From contig CP154954.1 in the NCBI GenBank assembly GCA_039621445.1, forward strand, positions 43,336,632 to 43,400,631: a DNA stretch of 64,000 bases, in the 5' to 3' direction. Every line of letters starts with the position of its first letter. Within the stretch, counting starts at the first letter, position 1. The position numbers and the translations under genes are program-made. Below are positions 12,801 to 23,300 of the stretch, one piece after another. A model generated the notes under the pieces. The model saw only the letters and a list, made by a program, of their open reading frames with translations. It ran no database searches and had not been told where the DNA came from. Origin of the DNA: Euglena gracilis (Eukaryota).

Positions 12801-15614
12801 CAGGGGGGCGGGTAGGAACCTGTATCTCACCCTTGTGCCCGTTAGGCCACATTGCATTACGATTTTGGGGGGAATTCAGGTCGAATTCGGGCATTTTTTG
12901 GGGCAAACGGGTGATTCAAAAACCTTCCCAAAATGAAACTTCTGGCCAAATTTGGTCCCTAATAACTAATAATAAGGGACGGTCCTAACCCCTAACCCTG
13001 TCCTTGAAATTAAATGCCCACCCGCTGACCCAAACTGTAACTGAAATTTTTGAAAATTTTCATTTTTGTTGAAAATAGAAAAGCAATTTTCCCAAATTGA
13101 AAAAGAATGCCCCTGTTTTTATTTGGCTGCTGATCGCACTTATGTGAATTCCCGCATTTTCGGACTTTTGTTTCGTGCAGGGGGGGTCAAAACGTCAATT
13201 TTTCTCTTTTGATTGTCCTTCAGCTCCGTACTCATCAAGTGACAGTTTCTGGGGGGGGAGGGGTATGTGAGGAAGTATTTTGGGACATGATTTTGTGTTG
13301 CTGAACAACTCTTGGGACGATTTGGGGAAGGAGGAGAAAATTGTGAAGTTTGTTTGAGAAGGAAGGTGTGCTTGCATCACATCATCAATTTTTTTGGGAC
13401 AGATTCCCGTATGCTTTTTTGTTGGTCAGCGCGACAAATCCTCCACCAAAGATTTGTGCAAATCTTTTCCATCACAACGCACCTCCCATTTTCTGCCCAC
13501 AGGATGTCCCCAATGCGCTCTTTGGCGTCGATGATTATATCTCTGGTGTGTCTCCATTTGCCTTCTGTCCAAGGTTCCCTCTCAAAGAGACTTTCACGAA
13601 ACACAGGCAAATGAGAAACGGGGGCCAAAGCGAAAGTCTGCAGTCCTCTCGGTAAAACACACATTTATTCACCTCGTGTGTGGTCTGTGCATTGTCCCCC
13701 TGCCTTTTTCCGGCTTCACCCCCCCATCCTCAATCCTCAGGGGAATGGCCAAGCACTCCAGACATGGATGCAGTCCCCCTCGAGGTGTGCAATCACCCCC
13801 AATCTCTCCAATGTTCCAATGTGTCACATCCCTTCCATTCTTCCATTTGCTTTTTGTCTGGGTGTGATTGAGTTTTATTTTCGCTTTCCCCTCCGCAGGA
13901 AGACATCAAGCGACGGGAGCCGTACTTCAAGGTGCCTCAAAGTGCTTGTTTTCGCCATTTGAAATGCCCAAATAAATGTTCTGACAGAATTCCCATTGTG
14001 AAATACCCAGCACACGGGTCATTCTAAACAGCCCCCCGACTTTGCAAAGGCGTGCTTGTGTCGCTTCCCCCTTCCAGGCTTGTCAGATAGGGGAGGCGGG
14101 GAAAGAGGCTTTGTTCTTCAGCGCCCAGCCCATTCCAGTTTGCAATGATAATTTGAATTTGTCTTTGATCCAACGAAAGCCTCCAAAAAGCTTGCCCCTC
14201 CACCAGGCAAGGACAGCCACCGGATCCCATCGGGGATTTTTTTGACCATTTGACTAGTGGGTTTCCACCGGACCCCACCGGATCCCACCGGATCCGACCG
14301 GAGATTTTTTTTTCCATGCACAGATTTTTCTTCTGGATTTATGGCTCCAAATCTCCTTCCCCCGCATCCCCCCCACGTCCCCCCCCCCTGCGTCCTGGAT
14401 CTTGGCCGGCACATTTTTTGGTCGGTCAATGGAAAAATCCATACAATTTTGAGTGACGTCAATGAAGGTTATATGGGGACAGTTGAGCCACAGTTACCCC
14501 CCCCCCGCGTGCGTCCCCCCCCCCTCGTGTCTCCCGCACCCCCCCCCCCCTCCGTGTCCGAACCACCCCAAAGTCTCATTATGACAAAGAGGGATGTCCA
14601 ACTAAACAGAGCCAAAAGGTGACTCATGCGGGACAAGAAAAAGGGGCCAAGACCCTGACCCGAGGGTCATACAGGTGGTTATGCTGTGCACCCACTGCAT
14701 GACACAAAAAGAGTATCCGGTCCAAACCACCTTGCCGCATGTGTTTTTTCCCCAGTCCCCCTCCCCCCAAGGCAACCCATCGGATCCCACCGGATCCCAC
14801 CGGACCCCACGGACCCCACCGGAGACCAAAAAACCGAGGATGACTGTCCTTGCCCTCCCTCCACCCCCCACCCTCCACCCCCCAGGATCGTCGTTGGAAT
14901 TTATATTCAGTGGTTTGTCACATTGGGGTCAAGCTCTATCTTCCCAGCCAGCACCTCCATAGAGTAGATCGGTGGCTCTGCAAGAGTGTCGCAAAATGTG
15001 CTTTGGAACCAAACTGACAGGTGATCGTGGAATTCGGCACAGTGCGTATTTTTGGTCCGCTTTCGTAATAGGCCTCTCCCTTGCAAACCTCTTAGCCAAC
15101 ATTTAATATTAAGCGTCTTAGTGTGCAGGTTCCAGGTACCCCCCGTCAAAGGAACACCTACCTTACGCGCAGAAACATCAGCCCAAAATATGGATATCGA
15201 CCCCTAGAATGAGCCTCCTTGTTGACCGAGGGTTTGGGGGGGCCGGGAGTGCCAAAGGGGAAATTAGTGGTACACTTTAAAGAAAGCGGGTGCTTTCATT
15301 ATTTTGCATGTCTGAAGGTTCTCGCGCTCGCCAAGCCCAAGGCCAGCAGGCGGCTTGGTCCCCAGAGCTCTGAGCTCAGGGCGGCCCGTGTCTTTTTCTC
15401 ACTGCAGAGCATGACTGACATTCTTGCCGACAGCCAAGGGACTTCGGGGCTTCAGGGCATTCTGTATGGAGCAGGGCTACAGAGCCTCCATGGTGCGTGT
15501 GCGCGTGTGTGAGAGTTGTGTGTGTTGTGTGCGTGTGGTGTGTCTGTGTGTCTGTGTGTGTGCTGTGTGTCTGTGTGTGTGTGTGCGTGCATGTGTGTGT
15601 CTGTGTGTGCGTGC

Positions 15615-15657
<43 letters not shown>

Positions 15658-15782
15658 ATGTGTGTCTGTGTGTGTGTGTGTGTCGTGTGTGTGTGTGTGT
15701 GTGTTGTGTGTGTGTGTGTGTGTGTGTGCGGGTGTGTGCGTTGTATGTGTGTGCTGTGTGTTGTGTCTGTGTGTGTGTTGTG

Positions 15783-15819
<37 letters not shown>

Positions 15820-15821
15820 GT

Positions 15822-15901
<80 letters not shown>

Positions 15902-16127
15902 CACACACACACACACACACACAACCCACCCATCCACCCACCCACCCACACATCATGCACGCACGCACGAGCGCACAGACAAAACACAACACATACACAC
16001 ACACAAACACAATACACAACACACAGGCATAACACACACACAACACACAACTCAACACACACACACACACACACAGCACACACACGCACACACACACACA
16101 CACGCACACACGCACACACACACACAC

Positions 16128-16158
<31 letters not shown>

Positions 16159-16234
16159 ACACACACACACACAGAAAGAGACACACACAACACACAACAC
16201 ACACACATACACACAAAGAAAGACACACACACAC

Positions 16235-16303
<69 letters not shown>

Positions 16304-16460
16304 GCACACACACACACACACACACACGCACACACACACATACACACACAACACACACACACACACAGAAAGAGACACACACAACACACACACACACACA
16401 CACACACGCACGCACACACACACATACACACACAACACACACACAGAAAGAGACACACAC

Positions 16461-16498
<38 letters not shown>

Positions 16499-18300
16499 GA
16501 CACACACAACACACACACACACACACACGCACGCACACACACACATACACACACAACACACACACACACACAGAAAGAGACACACACAACACACACACAC
16601 ACACACACACATGCACACACAGCACACACACGCACACACACACGTGTGTGTATGTGATGTGTGTGTGTGTGTGATGTGTGTGTGTGTGTGCCTGCATCGG
16701 TCGCATGGGCATATGTACGTCATCGGCACCTTTTGATCTTCCTCACAACAGGTTCGAAAATCGCCTTTCATTTGCACCACCAAATATTTTGGAGTTTTCT
16801 GGGTCACAGCAGCCGTTGGCTGATTTTGACGGTTTGAAACTCTTTGGAATTTCAAGATGACTCACCTTGTTTAGACCAGAAGTGATTTGTGAAGGACAAT
16901 GGAGAGAGAGAGAGAGAGAGAGAGAGATGAATTAAATGAATTAATTTGTTTTAAGAAGCAAAATGCAGTCTTTTACATTTCATGGGTCGTTTTTTCGCGA
17001 CATTGGCTTGGTGTACGTCACCAAAATCCAAAGAAGGATTCTATTTAAGTGTTACGTAAAGTTGACAGCCGCAGAAGAAGGGGATGTGCAATTTTTTTCT
17101 GGGGAATTCGACGGCGAAAAAAAACTGAAGGCACATGACCCATCAATAAAATTGTTGAGGTTTTTTTTGGAAGTCCCAGAAACAAGCCGCCGATTTGCTG
17201 GCTTTTCCAAGTGTTTTTTGTTTTTTCCCCCAATGTTCTGGAGTTGAATTTTGCGGTTGATGTGCAGGTTTCCCAAGAAATGGGTGATGGGTTTTTGCCC
17301 ACAGGGCAGTGCCCACCCCCCCCCCTCCAGGCCACATTCCAGTGAAACCATGTCCCCCGTCCCCGGGGCCATGCTCGCCCCTGCCTCGGCCCCTGCGCAG
17401 ACCTGGTGGGGCCCCTGCCGACGCCGGCCGCCGCCTCCCCACCGCCGGGCCCCACCCCCCTGAAGGCGAAGGCGGTGGTGCCGCCGACCCCGCCCCGCTC
17501 CCCCACGTTCCCCTCCCTGGCATTGTCGCTCTCGGCGGAGCATTAGCCAGAGGGGGTCCGTTATGGGGAGGGGGGCAATTTCGCCCCCCCCCCCGGCAGG
17601 GTCCGGCTTTGTGTTGAGCCCGAAAATGGCCGTTAAAAAAATATTGTTGGCGTTGCGCCCCGGGAAGGTTCAGAAGGTGCCTGGCCATACGTTGCCTTTT
17701 TTCACCCGGGTCACCGATGACGGCTTTTGCAGGAGTCCATGGCTGCATCGACTGGGTTGTCGGTATTCGCAAGCTGCAATCCAAACGCTGATGCCATTTG
17801 CTTTTGTCACCTGCCATCTGGCTCGGCTGTTGGCTGTACAAAAGGTGCTTGGTTTCCCTTTGGGGTACAGAAATGCCCTGTGAATATGGGCTGCAAACAA
17901 TTTTTTTCCAAAGCATTTTGTAAGAGTTTTCTGATTATTTGTTCTGACCACAGGTTGCCCCCCCCCCAGATCGACGGGCGGCCTTTTTCCCGCCGGCCCG
18001 TATCCTTCGGGCTCTGAGCAGGGGGTCGGCAGGCTACGCCCTGCCCCGCATTTGTTCCGGTGGTGGGACGCCGCCCTGCCCGCATCCCGAGGCCCTCCCA
18101 GTACACGTCCGAGTGGAGCCGCCGGCTGTCCCCGGGCCTGTGCTACACTTCCCCCCCTCCTGGCGCCCGGGGCCCGGCCCGACCTGGCCGCATGCGGTGC
18201 AAAGCGTTTGTTGGGTGCGGGGGTGGGCGCCGCGCCGGAGGCGAACCACCTCCCGCCGGGGCACCGCGGGGCGGCGTGTCGGGGCGCCAGGGGAAAGACT
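6815..18300 (+). CDS. Scattered probable exons of a low-complexity protein gene (~6815-6900, ~8045-8170, ~8940-9050, 12073-~12156, ~15320-15390, ~17370-17530, ~18060-18290); may continue the upstream gene
   Basis: GC3-rich islands such as ccccccacag|LSITSFRSNSDAGISECESEATSARHGP at 12073 and TANSARSEASAGHKQPRRLSATEG at ~8045. Most junctions were not resolved. Confidence 0.3.
10565..10862. mobile_element. Partial second copy of the ATGTCCAACGAC MITE family
   Basis: Same left end (cccccctatgtccaa), same subrepeats and same internal AAAATTTTCGGC(A/G)CAAAGC core as 5634-6053. Confidence 0.7.
11035..11261. mobile_element. Small MITE-like element with CCCCCCAATAGTAGAG(G)CGGG TIRs
   Basis: ccccccaatagtagaggcggg ... 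cccgctctactattgggggg inverted termini; internal AGTAGAG subrepeat. Confidence 0.65.
12376..12812. mobile_element. MITE with CCCGCCCCCC..GGGCAATTG TIRs, TA flanks and an internal ~100-bp direct duplication
   Basis: TA(12374-12375) cccgcc..gggcaattg ... caattgcccaggggggcggg TA(12813-12814). The block gggcaattgacgcccccgggcaattgtcacccc occurs at 12391 and ~12691. Confidence 0.75.
14217..14823. repeat. CCACCGGA(T/C)C 10-mer subrepeat clusters, probably a MITE-like element
   Basis: Tandem ccaccggatc/ccaccggacc units at ~14264-14303 and ~14777-14823. Confidence 0.55.
15493..16690. repeat. 1.2-kb compound (GT)n-(CA)n-(GT)n microsatellite with a higher-order unit containing CAGAAAGAGA
   Basis: Directly visible; orientation switches at ~15820 and ~16643. 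Confidence 0.95.
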
Positions 18301-19386
18301 GTGCATTGAAACAGGGCTTGGAGTGCGGCTCCCGGGTTGGCCCTCCAGCCAACCCGGTGTTCGTCCAGCATCCCCCCCCCCCGAACCCCTCCGGCCAAAT
18401 CCGGGCCGGGCCCCGCAGCCCCCGGCCACTGTCTCCGGCAGGTCCCCCTGCCGGTCCCCCGGCCGGTGCCCCCATCGTTGTCGTCGGGCCCCACCCCATT
18501 GGTTTGCCCTCGCGAGCAGAGCGCATCCAGAGATTTTTTCTAAAGTTTCGTGATCTGGATCTGGGTAAGGAGGGTCCGGGGCTGAGCTGGGCTGAGCCCC
18601 TCCCCCAGGGTATCCCGGGGTCGGGCTGAGCAGGTACCCCCCCCCTGAACTTCGGAGTTTGCCCATTTTCGGCGCGAAGAGCCGAAAATTTTGAGGCAAA
18701 ATTGACCCCCCTAAATGTGGTGAGCCCCCCTCCCCCCCCCCCAGGGATGGGTGGGTGAGCCCCCCCCCCCCCCCGCTCCCCAGGCCCTAAAAATATACAA
18801 CCTCTGAGCCCAGCCCACGGCCACAGCTGCTGTCTCCGCCTGCTCCTCCCCCACCAGCCCCTAACCAAGCCTCCTCCTCCTCCTCCTGCCCCAGCAGGAG
18901 GGAATCAGGCCAGGAGGGCTGCGAGGGTAAAGAGGTGGTCATCCTAATTCACCTTCGAAATGGAACATTTTGAAACTTGCAAATGTAAGATTCCCCGCGG
19001 TGAATAATCACTGTAGACTTTAATAGTGTAAGTATATGCTGTCAACGCTTGACCAAAGTACGGATGTTGGTGTACATTTGTGTGATTGAGAAAAGTGCCC
19101 CCCCCCAACCATAAAGCCCCCCCCCCCCGAATATAAAGCCCCCGCTAAATATGAAGCCTCCAAGGGGTTTGGTTTTGCCACCCCCTGACGTGGAGCCGGG
19201 TGACGGTGCCATTAAGGAAAAGGTTGAAAAGTTTTGGGTGGACAGAACAGTTTTTTTTTCACCAGACATGTCCATTTTGGATGATAATTGCACATTTTTT
19301 GGAAGAATAGGAGTCACGACGAAATTTGGTATAAAATTTGGCATTTGGCCACCATTGAAGGCCGCTGAAGGACACCCAAAACAGTT

Positions 19387-19745
<359 letters not shown>

Positions 19746-19866
19746 TACTCCTCAGGGTATTACTTGGGGGTTTACATACACCTCATACGTGCATGCTGTA
19801 CCCCCCCCCAAATATAAAAACCCCCAGCTGCATTGAACGGGATTTCAAGTTATATTTGGGTGGGAA

Positions 19867-19900
19867 TCGTAGTCGTAGTCGTAGTCGTAGTCGTAGTCGT

Positions 19901-19932
<32 letters not shown>

Positions 19933-19964
19933 TAGTAGTAGTAGGTAGTAGTAGTAGTAGTAGT

Positions 19965-20041
<77 letters not shown>

Positions 20042-20104
20042 TAGTCGTAGTAGTCGTAGTAGTAGTAGTAGTAGTAGTAGGAGTAGTGGTGGTGGTGGTG
20101 GTGG

Positions 20105-20135
<31 letters not shown>

Positions 20136-20148
20136 GGTGGTGGTGGTG

Positions 20149-20198
<50 letters not shown>

Positions 20199-20218
20199 AG
20201 GAGTAGGAGTAGGAGTAG
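19867..20218. repeat. Compound (GTAGTC)n(TAG)n(CAG)n(TGG)n(GTGGTC)n(GTAGGA)n microsatellite; left flank of the retrotransposon
   Basis: Directly visible. Confidence 0.95.
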
Positions 20219-20325
20219 GGGGGGGGGCTCGGTTGGCGATGGAGCTGTCCATCACCGGGCGCTGAGTGGGCTCAACGGCCTAGGCGCGAACCCAGGCCGC
20301 GATTCCCGCGCCCTGGCCCACCGGG

Positions 20326-23300
20326 CTAGGTGGGCGGGCCCTCCGTGGCACGCCCATGGGGAGGCGGCCGGGGACGAGCGGGCTGCATCCAGTCGGCCAA
20401 GGTGGCCTGCTTCTTCCGCGGGGGCGGGTCGGCCGGCAGCGGGGCGGGTCGGCGTGCTGAGGAGCTGGCATCCGCGGCTAGGGGGCTGCGGGAGGCAGGC
20501 GGTCGACGGCCGGAGAGAGCTGGGGTGGGCGGCCGGCGTTCGGAGGAGACCGCGCGACGTTTGGGGGCTACACGGTGCGGCCGGGCTGGGTCGGGCGGGC
20601 TGGGGGGGTCTGCGTCGGCTGGTGCGGGGGCGTTCACTGAGACGGCCGACACTGTCGCGGTCTCGGACGCTGGGTCTGGAGGGGGCGATGACGATGGCGC
20701 CGGAGGGAGCAAGGGCATCGGGGCTGCCGGGGTCACCGGGGGGAGGGCGGGGGCCAGCAAGCTGCGGAGGTACAGCTGCCAGTGTGCCACGAACCGGTGG
20801 TACCAGGCGGCACCCGCTCCGGCTGTGGGCTCCACCACCTGCACCGACCATCGGACGTGGTGGGAGCACGGGAGGCCCCGGGCGAGGGGGAGGTGAACGT
20901 CCTTGTGGAAGAACCAGTCCAGGTCGGGGGACTGCCGCACGTGGGTCTGGAGGCGGCGGGTGAAGCCCGACAGGATCTTGGACGGGTCGGCGCCGGTGGA
21001 GGGGAAGGGGCGATCGTGGTCGATCTCCCACAGCAGCAACAGGGCCATGTTGCACTCGCCCCGGTCCGGGGGTACGGGGGTGAGGGAACGGTGATCGCGG
21101 ATCCATGGGACGAAGGTGGAGTCGGCGGAGGTCATCCGGTGGTGGAGGGCGGCCGCGGGGTGGGCGGCCTCGCGGGCTTGGGTGGAGCGTCGCCACCGGT
21201 CCGCGTCCAGCGAGGTCTTGGGGGCACGGCTGTAATAGAACGTGCCCTGACGCCGGATTCTCGAGAGGGGGGGCTGCATCAAGGCAGATTCGGCCAGCAA
21301 GTTGCTCAGCACGCGGGCCACAGCGGACACGCGGTCCTTGACCGGGGTGCCGGGGGAGGCGGTGAAAGGCTCTCCCGTGGTGGACTCGAAGAGGGCCAGG
21401 ATGGCGACGGCGGAGCATCCGGAGGCGGCCGGGCAGGCCACCATCTCATCGCGCAGGAGCTCGTCGAGGCGGGAGCGCAGCCACAGCCGTCGGGCTTCGC
21501 CATGCGGTGGGGTGGGTGTGGTGGTCGAGGGGGGGCGGGGGGCGGCGCGGTCGGAGATCTCCCACTGGCGGAGGGTGGGGACGGTGGGCTGGCGTGAGGC
21601 GGGGAGCGGGCAGGGACGACGGAGGCGGGGAGCCGATGGGCTGGGGGGGGCGGGGGCAGGCCCGGGTGAGGGATCCGCCAGCACGAGGGTGTAGCGGCGG
21701 CTGAGCAGCTCGGCGAGGCGCTCGGCCAACGCCACGTGGAGGCGGCGCAGGAAGCGAACCGCATCTGCCGAGGACAGAGGGTGGTGCTGCAGGGTGGACG
21801 TCGGGATCAGGGCCGCCGTGAGGGGAAGATGGTGCTGATGCAGCCAGTCCGCTGGGGGAGGGGGGACGGCCAAGCGGCAGGCGAGAGCCACCGAGGCCCA
21901 CAGGGTGGGGAGCGCCGCTGGCCAGTCGCGTGAGCCGGTGGCCGGACAGTCTGCCAGGAGGTGGCGGTCATCTTCGTCCATCTCGGCACAGCAAGGGCAT
22001 AGCGCGGAGTCGACCCATCGGCATCGGAGGCGGCGGGCTTGGGTGGCCAGGCAGCCGCTCCGGACGCGGGCGACCCACTTCACCACTGCTGGGGCCACCG
22101 GGTGGCGGAACTGGCCTGACGCGCAGCAAGGCCGCAGGAAGACGACCACGACTACGAAGGCGAAGGCGACCGAGGAGGGCCAGTCGAAGTCCATCTCCGC
22201 GGGGTACAGCAGCTCGAGGCGGGGGCGGGTGCCAGGGGGTCCCCAGGAACGGCGTTGACGACGCCACCAGGTCACGGGGAAGGCGGACAGCACGTCGATG
22301 ACGGGGGCGCCGGAGGGGTCCAGCAGCTCGACGGCGTCGCGGCAGGAGGGGGGCGGATCCCAGACGGGGAGGCCGGTGTCTCGGGCGGCCCGCTTGGCGA
22401 GGGAGTCGGCCTGGTCGTTGCCGATGGCGAGGGGGTGACCGGAGGCGATGGCGTCCTCCTGGTGGGCCTGCACCTTGTGCAGCGGGGGGGCGGAGGGGCA
22501 GCTGCGGGCGAGCTCCAGCACGTGGCGGACATCGAAGCGATCGACGCAGCGGAGGGCGGCGGCGGTGGAGCGGGAACCCCAGCGAAGCAGCAGCTGAAGG
22601 GAGCACAGGCTGTCGGAGAACACCTCTGAGGGGCAGCGCCGGAGGGCAGCGCCGAGGGCCGCCAGCTCACAGTGGGTACTGCTGCGGGGTGCGGGGACAC
22701 TGATCAGGGAGAAGTCCTCGGTGTCGGGGAACCACGCTGCGGCTCCGCCTCGGCGGCCTAGCGAGCCGTCCGTGAAGGCCGCACCAGGGGCGGGGAGGCG
22801 GTCCACCGCGGTCAAGGTCACGTCTCCGGGATACGGGGGTTCGGGGGACAGCGCGGGCCACTGTGAGGCTCGTGGGCAAGCCGGGTTACGGCGCACGGTC
22901 CACGAGACGGCCTGCAGGGCGGCACGGAGGGCGACGGAGTGCTCGAGCCAGTCAGGGCCGGGGCAGGCGATGGCGCGGTGGAGGCAGCCGACCAGGCCGG
23001 GGGAGTTGGCGATCAGCTGGAGCCACTGCAGCTGCAACAGGCGGGCCTCCGCGAGGGGCTCGCGGACGGCTGAGGCGCCGAGGGGGAGGCCCATGGCCAC
23101 GTCGGGGCTGCGCCAGAGGTTGAGCTCCAGCGGGGGTTTGTGGAGCAGGGACTTCCCGGCGGCGGCGAGGAGGGCTACGTCCGCAGGCAGCAGGTTGCGC
23201 AGCTGGCAGCCGTAGAGGGCTTGGGGCAGCACGGCGGTGCGCCACAAGGTGCAGCAGACGGCGGCGGGGAGCGGCAGGGAGCGGAGGCGGTGGGCAGCAG

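Noticed and set aside
15376-16855. Long ORFs of CV/HT repeats (also ~31.6 kb, ~33.8 kb, ~55.7 kb)
   Set aside because: Stop-free translations of dinucleotide microsatellites
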